The translations under genes and the position numbers were made by a program. A stretch of DNA of 64,000 nt from Candidatus Bipolaricaulota bacterium (GTDB lineage Bacteria; Bipolaricaulota; Bipolaricaulia; M55B111). How positions within the stretch are numbered: the first letter of the stretch is position 1; every line of letters begins with the position of its first letter. The DNA lies in the NCBI GenBank assembly GCA_021735245.1, contig JAIPHJ010000001.1, forward strand, positions 20,837 through 84,836, in the 5' to 3' direction. Below, piece by piece: positions 31,111 through 40,340 of the stretch. Below the pieces are notes generated by a model. It made no database searches. It saw only the letters and a list, made by a program, of their open reading frames with translations, and was not told the DNA's origin.

Positions 31111-32040
31111 TCATCCAGTATCAAAACCTGCCAGGGATTCCACGGAATCGGAACTTCTGTTCCAGTTTTTTGCTACTTTAACCTTCAAATCAAGGTAAAC
31201 TTTACTACCCGTTAACTTTTCCAGATCCTTACGAGCTCGTTTTCCGATTTCTTTTATCTTCTGCCCGTCCTTTCCAATTATTATCCCTTTTTGAGACCCC
31301 CTTACCACGAAAATATCGATGTATACTTCGAGCAGGTCTTCCTCCTCCCTCCGTTCGTAGGATTTAGTCCGGGTCGCTACGGAGTAAGGTAACTCTTCGT
31401 AAGTCAACTCGTAAACTTTCTCCCTTACGAGTTCGGACATCAGGAACTCTAAAGGCTTATCCGTGGAAACGTCTTCGGGGAATAGTCTATTTCCTTCTGG
31501 CAGGTATTCGATTATCTTGTCCAGAACGATATCAACTCCGTCACCGGTCAAAGCCGAGATCGGTATATATTCTTTAAAGATTCCCTCATCCTCGTAGGCC
31601 TCCAGTGTTCTGGCGATTTCAGCCGGGGTATGAACATCCACTTTGTTGACCAGGAGAAATGCGTCCTCCTCCTGGCCAGAAACTTTCTCGAGAAAAGGAC
31701 GTTCGTCATCAGGAACCTCCTCCCAGGGCTCAACCATATAAAGAATCAGGTCGGAACCTTTTATACCCTTCCTGGCTTCTTCCACCAGGTAGCTTCCTAA
31801 CGAGTTATCGGGCTCGTGGATGCCGGGTGTATCCAGAAATACGACCTGGGCATCATCTCGATTATAAATACAGTTTATTCTATTGCGCGTGGTTTGGGGT
31901 TTGTCGGAAGTTATGGAGACTTTATCCCCGACTATCCTGTTCACGAAAGTGGATTTACCGACATTTGACTTGCCCAAGAGGTGAACGAAACCGGATTTCA
32001 ATTTGCCCTCCTTCCTTTCAAATAGATTATAGTTGAGCAA
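31111..32040 (-). CDS. era: GTPase Era
   Basis: GKSNVGKST G1 motif and a C-terminal KH domain. Confidence 0.9.
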   Translation of the reverse strand: MLNYNLFERKEGKLKSGFVHLLGKSNVGKSTFVNRIVGDKVSITSDKPQTTRNRINCIYNRDDAQVVFLDTPGIHEPDNSLGSYLVEEARKGIKGSDLILYMVEPWEEVPDDERPFLEKVSGQEEDAFLLVNKVDVHTPAEIARTLEAYEDEGIFKEYIPISALTGDGVDIVLDKIIEYLPEGNRLFPEDVSTDKPLEFLMSELVREKVYELTYEELPYSVATRTKSYERREEEDLLEVYIDIFVVRGSQKGIIIGKDGQKIKEIGKRARKDLEKLTGSKVYLDLKVKVAKNWNRSSDSVESLAGFDTG

Positions 32041-32076
32041 GGAGGGTTCTTCCAGCGCTCTGGAAGCGGAAAACTC

Positions 32077-33051
32077 TTGTTCGCTGTCCCCATGCTGGGT
32101 ATAATGGCTTTTGATCTTCAGAAAGAGAACAATAAAGAATTAGGAGTGAGGTCTCCAAGAGTGAAAATTTTAGCGAAGTCTTTTGCCAAGGTTAATCCTC
32201 GACTGAAAGTACTGGGTAAGTTAGACGAAGGGTATCACGAACTTGACATTAGCTTTTTGAGCGTCAACCTGGCGGATAAGCTGACTTTCGAACCCTCTAA
32301 CGAGAGGAAGATTAAGGTCTCGACCGGGGCGGACGTCCCGCCGGAAGAAAACTTGTGTTACAGGGCCGCAAAGAAGCTCAAAGAATCATGTTCCGCGAGT
32401 CAGGGAGCAAAGGTTACACTCGAGAAGCATATCCCGATCGGAGGAGGACTGGGAGGAGGAAGTTCGAACGCCGCCACGACACTCATCTGCCTCAATCGTC
32501 TATGGGACTGTAAACTCTCCCGAAGGGCGCTAGTAGAGATAGGAAAGGAGTTCGGAGCCGACGTACCGTTTTTCTTCTACGGAGGATACTGCAACGGTAA
32601 GGGAAAAGGTTCCGAGCTAAGAAAAAAAGAGAACGTATTTCGGAATTGCTTCATTCCCTTAATAATTCCACCTTTTTCCCAGCTTACTTCTGAGGTTTAT
32701 TCCAGATTCGATAAACTGACGGAGGGTTCTGAGAATCAAACTTCAAGGACCGACCACGATTATCCTCCTGAAATCGATAATTTCAAAATAGAAAACGACC
32801 TCCAGCGGGCCTCAATAGATTTGAATCCCGAACTGCAAACCTATCTGGACCTACTCCAGAACGCTTCCACCATAAAATCGGCTGGAGTAGCTGGAAGCGG
32901 TAGTTCGATATTTGGTATTTCCCGGAGAAAAGTTTCTTCAGAGGAAGTCGAAGAAGAACTGGAGAAAGGTTTGAGGTCGATCTCCGGGGAAGCAAAGCTG
33001 ATAGTAACCAGACCTACGAACCACGGCCAGCTAATAAGGGAAAGGGAGTAA
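32077..33051 (+). CDS. ispE: 4-diphosphocytidyl-2-C-methyl-D-erythritol kinase
   Basis: GHMP kinase motif PIGGGLGGGSSNAA. Confidence 0.85.
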   Translation: MFAVPMLGIMAFDLQKENNKELGVRSPRVKILAKSFAKVNPRLKVLGKLDEGYHELDISFLSVNLADKLTFEPSNERKIKVSTGADVPPEENLCYRAAKKLKESCSASQGAKVTLEKHIPIGGGLGGGSSNAATTLICLNRLWDCKLSRRALVEIGKEFGADVPFFFYGGYCNGKGKGSELRKKENVFRNCFIPLIIPPFSQLTSEVYSRFDKLTEGSENQTSRTDHDYPPEIDNFKIENDLQRASIDLNPELQTYLDLLQNASTIKSAGVAGSGSSIFGISRRKVSSEEVEEELEKGLRSISGEAKLIVTRPTNHGQLIRERE

Positions 33052-33055
33052 TCAC

Positions 33056-33682
33056 ATGCAGGTTACAATAGACGGACCGGCTGGAGTAGGAAAGACCAGC
33101 GTAGGAAGGAAAGTCGCCAGGAGGTTTTCACTGCTCTTTATTCAGTCCGGCCAGCTCTACAGAGCTCTGGCATACGGGAGAATCAACGATCTGGACCTTG
33201 AATCGCTCTCCCTCAGGTCTCGCGGTAAAACGGAGCCGGAGCTCTCAATAGGCGGGGAGAAGGTGAGAGAAGAACTCACGACGGAAGTAATTGGCGAGAA
33301 AGCTTCAAAGCTGGCTAAAGAGGAAGGAATAAGGAACCTCGTAAACGAAATAATCGTAGATTTTGCCGGAGACAGGGACGTTCTAGTAGAAGGCAGAGAC
33401 ATCGGGACGGAAGTTTTAACTGAAGCAGAGGTCAAAATATACTTGACGGCTTCGGCTGAGGAGAGGGCGAGGCGGAGGAAAAAGCAGATGAAAACCGACC
33501 GAACCCTGGAAGAAATTGAGGCGGGGATCAAAAAGCGCGATAACCGGGATCAGACGCGTAAACTGGCTCCCCTCGAACCGGCTGAAGACGCGATAATCAT
33601 CGATACGACCTCGCTATCGGAAAGGGAAGTGGTGGAGCGGGTCTCCGGAATTATCACCGACCACGAAATTCGAGAGAAGTGA
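33056..33682 (+). CDS. cmk: Cytidylate kinase
   Basis: IDGPAGVGKTS. The cmk-rpsA neighbourhood is conserved. Confidence 0.9.
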   Translation: MQVTIDGPAGVGKTSVGRKVARRFSLLFIQSGQLYRALAYGRINDLDLESLSLRSRGKTEPELSIGGEKVREELTTEVIGEKASKLAKEEGIRNLVNEIIVDFAGDRDVLVEGRDIGTEVLTEAEVKIYLTASAEERARRRKKQMKTDRTLEEIEAGIKKRDNRDQTRKLAPLEPAEDAIIIDTTSLSEREVVERVSGIITDHEIREK

Positions 33683-33688
33683 TGGAAA

Positions 33689-34357
33689 GTGAGGGAAAAA
33701 ATAGGTAAACTGCTGCACAAACTTGGATACATGGGGCTTCTTGTAATAATCTATCTCGCTTCCAAGCTGTTCTTCAGGCTAAAAGTAGAAGGCAGAAAAA
33801 ACATTCCCGAAAACACGGATGATCTGGTAATTACTTCAACCCACTCGAGTTACTGGGATCCCCCGTTAATAGGGATTACCTTCGGGCTCCTGCAGAAAAT
33901 TCATTTCATCGCCCGGGAAGGTTTATTAGAGAATCCAATATTCTCACTCCCGGTAAGGACTTATTCCACGACAATAAACAGGGACGATTTCGGAAAGAAG
34001 GATCTAATTAATATGCTAAAGGCATTCAAACAAAAGGGTCCAATCTGCGTATTCCCCGAAGGAACGACCTCAGAAGGCTCTCCACCGAAGAGCGGTACAG
34101 TAAGGCTGGCCGAGAAGACCAATAGAAGATTTCTTCCACTGAAAATAGAATACGGCAGGAGTCCAACGGAATTTCCGTTCTTCTGGGCTCCGGCGGAGGT
34201 AACTATCGGCCCCCCTATCGATCTCGAGGACTTAAAACGACCCTCGACCGGGAAGGATGAAGGCGAAGAGCCAGCTCCCAAAGCCACCAATGACAAGGAA
34301 AAAGTCGATTACCAGGAACTTAGCGTTAAGCTAATGGATCACATTCGTCAGCTTTGA
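33689..34357 (+). CDS. plsC: 1-acyl-sn-glycerol-3-phosphate acyltransferase
   Basis: HxxxxD (HSSYWD) and FPEGT motifs. Confidence 0.8.
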   Translation: MREKIGKLLHKLGYMGLLVIIYLASKLFFRLKVEGRKNIPENTDDLVITSTHSSYWDPPLIGITFGLLQKIHFIAREGLLENPIFSLPVRTYSTTINRDDFGKKDLINMLKAFKQKGPICVFPEGTTSEGSPPKSGTVRLAEKTNRRFLPLKIEYGRSPTEFPFFWAPAEVTIGPPIDLEDLKRPSTGKDEGEEPAPKATNDKEKVDYQELSVKLMDHIRQL

Positions 34358-34534
34358 GGCCTCCCGAGCCCGAAATAAATCAAGGGCTCCTTAGTTTGAA
34401 AAAGAAATTTTATCCCATCTTCCCTGTTGATTCAAAGTAACTAAGAGGTTATTATATTATCACCTTTGTAAAGTCGGTAAAACTACAAGCCCAGAAGGTG
34501 GGGCTTGTAAAAACTCTAATTAATAGGTGGTCGT

Positions 34535-36208
34535 TTGATGGAAGAGAAAATTAAGATGGAAGAAGCGTTTGACGAAACTGACGTAAGGACGTATAGCAGG
34601 GGCGATACTATTACAGGTAGTGTCGTCCAAGTAGAGGAGAAGGACATATTAGTGGATATCGGATACAAATCCGAGGGCATCCTGCCCAAATCGGAACTGT
34701 CTCCGTTTAGAGAAGAAGAGGGGATCGACACGGGAGAAGAGGTCGAAGTCCTCGTAACTTATATCGACGAGGAAAAAGGTACGGTTTACGTATCGGAAAA
34801 GCAAGCAGCCTACGAGAGAAAGATCGGAGAACTGGAAAAAGCGTTCAAGAAAGACGAGACGATTACCGGCACGATTACCGAAGAAGTGAAGAGTGCCGGT
34901 TATCACGTAAATATAGACGGAATCCAGGCTTTCCTTCCAGGGTCCCACCTAGGTTCTGATATGCCCAGCGTAATCTCGGAATTAAAGGGGAAGGATCTCA
35001 AATTCAAAATACTCGAGCTCTCCCGAAAAAACCGGAATATAGTGATCTCTCGCAGGGAGTACCTGGACGAAAAACAGGAAGAACGGATAGACGAAATATT
35101 CGAGGAGCTCGAAGTCGGCGAGACGATAACAGGGGAAATCAAATCGGTAGTGGACTTTGGTTTGTTCGTTGACATAGGCGGTTTCGAGGGACTGGTCCAT
35201 CGATCGGAAATTAGCTGGAAAGATTTGCCCGCTCCTCCCGACGATTACAAGGAAGGGGACGAAGTCGACGTAAAAGTAATCGATCTGGACAGAGAGGAAG
35301 AAAAAATTTCTCTGTCTATAAAACGGTTGACTCCGAACCCATGGGAAGGAGTTTCTGACAGATACCCCGTTGGCGAGACCGTGGAAGGCGAAGTAGTGTC
35401 CATTACGGACTTCGGTGCTTTTATCGAACTCGAAGAAGACGTCGAAGGTCTCATTCACATTTCCGAACTTTCCTGGGGCTACCCTGAGGACCCTCACGAA
35501 GTAGTAGAAGTGGGAGAAACCGTAGAAGCCGAGGTTCTGGAAGTAGACGAAGAAGAACAGAGGATCAGTCTTTCGGCCAGAAAATCCCAGCAGGACCCGT
35601 GGGAGAAGATCGAGGAAGTTTACGAACCGGGTACGGAGGTCAGCGGCAAAGTCACCAAGGTTACGGACTTCGGTGCTTTCGTTCAGCTAGAGGAAGGCGT
35701 CGAAGGTCTGGTACACGTTTCCGAACTCTCCTGGGATCACGTAAACCACCCGAGCGACATGCTGTCGGAGGGTGACAAGGTCAATACCCAGGTGCTCGAG
35801 GTAAACAAACAGGACCGAAGGATAAGCCTGAGCATAAAACAGGCCCAGAAGGATCCGTGGCACGAATTCCAGGATCTCTATTCGGTGGGTTCGAAAGTAA
35901 AAGGCGAAATATCCGAAATAAAGGACTTCGGTGCTTTCATTCAGATTACGGATGACGTCGAAGGACTTATTCACGTCTCCGAGATCTCTACCGAAAAGGT
36001 CTCCACGCCTGAAGACGTACTGGAAGTTGGTGACGAGGTAGAGGCAAAGATAATTGGAATCAACGACGAAAAAAGACAGGTTCGCCTTTCGATAAGAATC
36101 CTCCAGGAAGAAGAAAAGGGAGAAACTCGGGATAACGATTCCGACGAAGACGAAAGCGGACACGAAACGATCTCGATGAGAGAACACCTCGAGGACAAAG
36201 GACTTTAG
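34535..36208 (+). CDS. rpsA: 30S ribosomal protein S1 (six S1 domains)
   Basis: 557 aa with repeated S1 folds and an acidic C-terminal tail. Confidence 0.9.
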   Translation: MMEEKIKMEEAFDETDVRTYSRGDTITGSVVQVEEKDILVDIGYKSEGILPKSELSPFREEEGIDTGEEVEVLVTYIDEEKGTVYVSEKQAAYERKIGELEKAFKKDETITGTITEEVKSAGYHVNIDGIQAFLPGSHLGSDMPSVISELKGKDLKFKILELSRKNRNIVISRREYLDEKQEERIDEIFEELEVGETITGEIKSVVDFGLFVDIGGFEGLVHRSEISWKDLPAPPDDYKEGDEVDVKVIDLDREEEKISLSIKRLTPNPWEGVSDRYPVGETVEGEVVSITDFGAFIELEEDVEGLIHISELSWGYPEDPHEVVEVGETVEAEVLEVDEEEQRISLSARKSQQDPWEKIEEVYEPGTEVSGKVTKVTDFGAFVQLEEGVEGLVHVSELSWDHVNHPSDMLSEGDKVNTQVLEVNKQDRRISLSIKQAQKDPWHEFQDLYSVGSKVKGEISEIKDFGAFIQITDDVEGLIHVSEISTEKVSTPEDVLEVGDEVEAKIIGINDEKRQVRLSIRILQEEEKGETRDNDSDEDESGHETISMREHLEDKGL

Positions 36209-36216
36209 CGCAACGG

Positions 36217-36798
36217 ATGACCGGTAACTTGTTCCTTCTCTCAGTATCCGCTCTTGCGTCCTACTTAATTGGTGCCATTCCTTTTAGCTATCTAATCCCA
36301 AAGGTATTTCTGGATACCGACGTAAGGCAGCATGGCTCCGGAAACCCCGGAGCCTCTAACGTTTCTCGGGTATGCGGAAAAAGCTACGGGATAGCCGCCC
36401 TGATTATGGATGTGGGCAAGGGAATAGTTGCTGCCTTTTTAATTCAGCAACTGGGATACCCGGTAGGACTAGGTTTCCTGGCAATAATTGGTCACGTAGC
36501 AAACCCTTTCCTCCGGTTTTCTGGAGGGAAAGGGGTAGCAACTTCTCTGGGAGTTATAAGCTACGTCTCTCCTTTCTCCGGACTGATCTTCGTCTTAACC
36601 TGGGCTACGGTCCTGTTAATTTGGAAGATTGCCGGACTCAGCTCACTGGTGGCTATCTCCACCACCCCCGTGGCTTTCTATTTCCTCGGCGTTAAGACCT
36701 CGTTACTCTGGATTTCCCTGGCCCTGGTTTGCCTCATCTATTTTACCCATCGAGGTAACATAACCAGACTTATCCGGGGAGAGGAGCGGGCCATCTAA
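36217..36798 (+). CDS. plsY: Glycerol-3-phosphate acyltransferase PlsY
   Basis: GSGNPGASN motif and membrane helices. Confidence 0.9.
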   Translation: MTGNLFLLSVSALASYLIGAIPFSYLIPKVFLDTDVRQHGSGNPGASNVSRVCGKSYGIAALIMDVGKGIVAAFLIQQLGYPVGLGFLAIIGHVANPFLRFSGGKGVATSLGVISYVSPFSGLIFVLTWATVLLIWKIAGLSSLVAISTTPVAFYFLGVKTSLLWISLALVCLIYFTHRGNITRLIRGEERAI

Positions 36799-36851
36799 GG
36801 CCACCCACCTTTTGGGGATTCTAGGACGTGTCCCGGTTCAGTCAGAAAGTC

Positions 36852-37211
36852 TCAGGTCTCAAGTACGGCAATAGCAAGAGCATAATCCTTCAGGTGGGTA
36901 ATTGAGATGTGCAGGTCTTCCTGGGAAACAACTATCTTTTCGTCACTTTCAATAAGGACAACCGGCCTACCGTTAGGCTCGGACTCCACTTTAATTGACT
37001 TCCAGGGGATCTTTTCTCCAACGGCCTTTATAACGGCCTCCTTGGCTGCAAATCGACCCGCCAGGTGCTCGTGCTGTCTCCGGCCTGACAGACAGTAATC
37101 CAGTTCGGGCCCGGTAAAGACCCTGTCCAGAAACTTACGACCCCAGCGATCCACCAGTCGTCTTATTCTCGGAACTTTCACGATATCTATTCCTACACCG
37201 CGGATACCCAA
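36852..37211 (-). CDS. acpS: Holo-[acyl-carrier-protein] synthase
   Basis: 119 aa, GIDIVKV. Confidence 0.85.
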   Translation of the reverse strand: MGIRGVGIDIVKVPRIRRLVDRWGRKFLDRVFTGPELDYCLSGRRQHEHLAGRFAAKEAVIKAVGEKIPWKSIKVESEPNGRPVVLIESDEKIVVSQEDLHISITHLKDYALAIAVLET

Positions 37212-37228
37212 CCTGGGTCACCACCCGG

Positions 37229-37828
37229 TTATACCTTGAGTCGTTCGGCCCTGATTACCGCCCTTAGGTCCCCGACAGCTCTTTTCAGTTTTTTGTTTAC
37301 TATTAGATAGTCGAACTCCGGAATGCGGGATAATTCCTTTTGAGCAACTTCCATCCTCCTCTCCATCGTCTCCGGACTTTCAGCTCCGCGGTCGACGATC
37401 CTCCTTTCCAGTTCTTCGAGCGAGGGCGGAGCCAGGAAAACGAATACCGCATCCACTGAGGGATCGGCTCGGAGCTGCTCGGCCCCCTGTACATCGATAT
37501 CAAGGAACGGATCTCGACCTTCACTTTTGATCCGGTCTATCTCTTTCCGGGAAGTTCCGTAATAATCACCGTAAATCTCCGCCCATTCCAGAAACTTATC
37601 CTCTTTCCTGAATCGTTCGAACACTTCCCTATCGACGAAGTAATAGTCCTCTCCCTCGACCTCGTCCGGTCTTTTATCGCGAGTGGTGTGTGAGACGGAA
37701 TAAGCTAACCTCCCGTCGCTCCCGAGGGTATGGTCCATAATCGTCGTTTTGCCAACGCCCGAGGGCCCCGTTATTACGAAAAATATTCCGCTTCTTCTGT
37801 GTTCTTCGTAAGAATCGTTCTGTGACAT
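37229..37828 (-). CDS. gmk: Guanylate kinase
   Basis: GPSGVGKTT. Confidence 0.9.
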   Translation of the reverse strand: MSQNDSYEEHRRSGIFFVITGPSGVGKTTIMDHTLGSDGRLAYSVSHTTRDKRPDEVEGEDYYFVDREVFERFRKEDKFLEWAEIYGDYYGTSRKEIDRIKSEGRDPFLDIDVQGAEQLRADPSVDAVFVFLAPPSLEELERRIVDRGAESPETMERRMEVAQKELSRIPEFDYLIVNKKLKRAVGDLRAVIRAERLKV

Positions 37829-37904
37829 ACCTGCTCCACCTCAAACATCAATTACAAACTTCTATTCCTGCAGCATCCTTTCCAGTGATAATTATTTCAG
37901 GGAA

Positions 37905-38759
37905 TCAGGCCAGGTTGCGGGATTGCTCTTTGAACTTTTCCAGAGCCAGTTTCATCTCAATAACTTCCGACTGGATCTTACTGTCTTTCGACTTTGCCCC
38001 CAGCGTATTTATCTCTCGCTGAAGTTCCTGTCTGATGAATTCGAGCTTCTTTCCCACCAGGCCTCCCTCCTTCAATGTCTCCTTAGCCGTTTCGATGTGG
38101 GACTTCGCCCGAGATATTTCCTCGTTAACGTCTACCCTGTCGGCAAAAGAGGCAACCTCCTGTTCCAGCTTCTCCTCGTCTGGTTCAACCCGTTCCTCCA
38201 GCAACTTATCAATCCTGGCCTCCAGCTCGCGTTTGTACTGCCGAACGACTTCTGGGACATCCTCTTCTGCCTCCTCCAACTGCCGGGAAATTTCGTCCAG
38301 ATGGTCCAGCATATCTTCTCTGATCGATCGTCCTTCTTTTTCCTGAGCTTCCAGGGCCTCTTCTATTGCTTGACTCAAAGCATCTTTAATTGTGGGCCAG
38401 GACCCTTTGTAGAGCGGGGTCGTTTCCAGTAAATCGAGGGAAATCAGGTCACCGAGATCGGGTCCCTCCGGAATTCCCAGGTCTTCAGCAAGTTGGGAAA
38501 GGCTGGCAAAACTCTTGCGGATCGCCTCGCTATCCAGTTCGGCCGGGGCAAGTCCCTCGCCTTCCTCCACTTCAATTCTAACTTCGATCCTTCCCCGGGG
38601 AAAAGATTCCCTGACGTAGTTTTCGACTTTATGAGTCAAACCCTGGTCCTCCCTGAGTCCCCGAACCTTGACGGAAGTATTATCATGATTCAGAGTCCGG
38701 ACGTTTGCCTCTATCTTCCTCCCTTCAAGACTCCCGGTCCCCTCACCGTACCCCGTCAT
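37905..38759 (-). CDS. yicC: YicC-family protein
   Basis: MTGYGEG N-terminus and a coiled-coil C-terminal domain. The yicC-gmk pairing is conserved. Confidence 0.8.
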   Translation of the reverse strand: MTGYGEGTGSLEGRKIEANVRTLNHDNTSVKVRGLREDQGLTHKVENYVRESFPRGRIEVRIEVEEGEGLAPAELDSEAIRKSFASLSQLAEDLGIPEGPDLGDLISLDLLETTPLYKGSWPTIKDALSQAIEEALEAQEKEGRSIREDMLDHLDEISRQLEEAEEDVPEVVRQYKRELEARIDKLLEERVEPDEEKLEQEVASFADRVDVNEEISRAKSHIETAKETLKEGGLVGKKLEFIRQELQREINTLGAKSKDSKIQSEVIEMKLALEKFKEQSRNLA

Positions 38760-38775
38760 GGAATAGATTCGTCCA

Positions 38776-39621
38776 CTACCTTCGAAATCCGATGGCACCA
38801 TAGCCCACTACCTCCCGGCCGTATCCGGCTACTTCTCCCGAGGTTGCGTATTTTAACCTCGTCGGCAATAGATCTCTTTTCAAAGCAAAATTTAGCAGGA
38901 CACCGATAGATCCGTATCCACAGATCGAAATTTTGTGTTCTCGAACGGTCTCGTAAAACTCTCCCACCTCTCGATTCATTATGGACTCGATGGCCCGTTC
39001 GTCTTTCTCCTCCGCGACCTCTCGAGGTTCGTAATGGGTAAAATCGGTACTGGAAATTATCAAAGCCCCTTCCGGAAGGTTTTCCTCCAGTGCGGACCCC
39101 ACGTCTCCGGCTACCTTTTCAGTTTGGTCCTTTAAACAGATTGGTACGATTGAAAACTCGCTCCCCCAGAGATGCTGGAGAAAAGGCAATTGAACTTCGA
39201 TCGAGTGCTCTCGGCGGAAGGGGGCAGGATCCGGTTCGAGCAGCTCACTCGACTCCAAAATTTTTCGGGCGAGATCTCCCTCGAACTCAACCTCCCCCAG
39301 CGGGGTGCTCCACCTACCCTCGGTAACCAGGGAAGCAGACGAACCAGCCCCGGAATGGTTCGTCCCGATAATAACCACTGCCTCCGGCTTCCCTAACTCG
39401 GACAGCCATCGAAAAGCGTGAGCCGCAACGGGCCCGGAATAAGGATAACCTGCGTGGGGAGCTATCAATCCAACCGGAGATGCTAATTCCTCCTCAGAAA
39501 CCTCGGGGAGTTCGCCCGGACCAAATTTGTGAGTATAACAGTCTTCAATCTTATCGATTAAATCTTCCCTGCGCCCGGGATAGAATTTCCCGGCAACGAC
39601 GGGTCCGAAATTTTTTGCCAT
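38776..39621 (-). CDS. MEMO1-family protein (AmmeMemoRadiSam system protein B)
   Basis: GKFYPG and IAPHAGYPYSGPVAAHAF motifs. Confidence 0.8.
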   Translation of the reverse strand: MAKNFGPVVAGKFYPGRREDLIDKIEDCYTHKFGPGELPEVSEEELASPVGLIAPHAGYPYSGPVAAHAFRWLSELGKPEAVVIIGTNHSGAGSSASLVTEGRWSTPLGEVEFEGDLARKILESSELLEPDPAPFRREHSIEVQLPFLQHLWGSEFSIVPICLKDQTEKVAGDVGSALEENLPEGALIISSTDFTHYEPREVAEEKDERAIESIMNREVGEFYETVREHKISICGYGSIGVLLNFALKRDLLPTRLKYATSGEVAGYGREVVGYGAIGFRR

Positions 39622-39805
39622 AAATTACGACTCCTTTTTTGTACTTTCGTTTCAGGCAATTTACTTTAATTCACGGGTATAGAATTATAGGTTAAGCAGC
39701 CACCATTGGCAAAAGCTATTAAACCCGGGTCTTTCACCACCGGCCGAAAGCGACTCGTAATTCTTGACCGCCGACTCGATTCTATTCGCTATACCCTCTT
39801 CCGCT

Positions 39806-39864
39806 TACCTGGCTGCCTTATTACCTCTACTGTTGAGTTTCAAAGGTTAAATCAGTTGCCGGGA
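39806..39864 (+). repeat. Conserved intergenic element, copy A
   Basis: Pattern TACCTGGCTGCC-N15-TTGAGTTTC-N2-AGGTTAAATCAGTTGCCGGGA. It shares 40 block-identical positions with copy B at 48613-48673. Confidence 0.6.
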
Positions 39865-39998
39865 CTAAATCCAACGCAATAAAGATCCCGGTCGGACCAA
39901 GCAAAAGCTCTCCCGGTTACAGGTTAGCCGTTAGTTCACGGTTACGAAATAAGAGGATCGTTTATAACTCCCACGAACAACGGTCAGAGGAAGTTCCA

Positions 39999-40026
39999 TT
40001 GATCTACAATTGGTCTTTCGTATAAT
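39999..40026 (+). promoter_or_regulatory. Putative sigma-70-type promoter for the tRNA-Gln/tRNA-Glu pair
   Basis: TTGATC, a 16-nt spacer, then TATAAT, ending 11 nt before the tRNA-Gln 5' end. Confidence 0.5.
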
Positions 40027-40037
40027 TTATTGTCCTG

Positions 40038-40111
40038 TGGGAGATCGTCTAATGGTAGGACGGCAGGTTCTGGACCTGCTAGTGGAGGTTCGAATCCTCC
40101 TCTCCCAGCCA
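40038..40111 (+). tRNA. tRNA-Gln (anticodon CTG), CCA encoded
   Basis: Manual cloverleaf: acceptor TGGGAGA/TCTCCCA, anticodon stem GCAGG/CCTGC with loop TTCTGGA, T-arm GGAGGTTCGAATCCTCC. Confidence 0.85.
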
Positions 40112-40116
40112 GAAAT

Positions 40117-40192
40117 GGTCCCGTCGTCTAGCGGCCTAGGATATCGGGTTCTCATCCCGGCGACAGGGGTTCGAATCCCCTCGGGACTGCCA
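40117..40192 (+). tRNA. tRNA-Glu (anticodon CTC), CCA encoded
   Basis: Acceptor GGTCCCG/CGGGACT, anticodon loop TTCTCAT, T-arm CAGGGGTTCGAATCCCCT. Confidence 0.8.
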
Positions 40193-40287
40193 ACTTGATC
40201 AGTTGATCCGTCATTGCTATTGATAAAACCCACCTTTCAATCCCGTAGGTAAGAAAAGGACTGAGGTCTATTTTCCAATCTACGAAC

Positions 40288-40316
40288 TTGAGACGTTTCA
40301 ATCCCTATCGTAAAAT
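40288..40316 (+). promoter_or_regulatory. Putative promoter upstream of ftsH
   Basis: TTGAGA, a 17-nt spacer, then TAAAAT. A Shine-Dalgarno-like AAGGGG precedes the TTG start. Confidence 0.4.
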
Positions 40317-40340
40317 TCCTGAGTTAAGGGGTGAGTTTAA

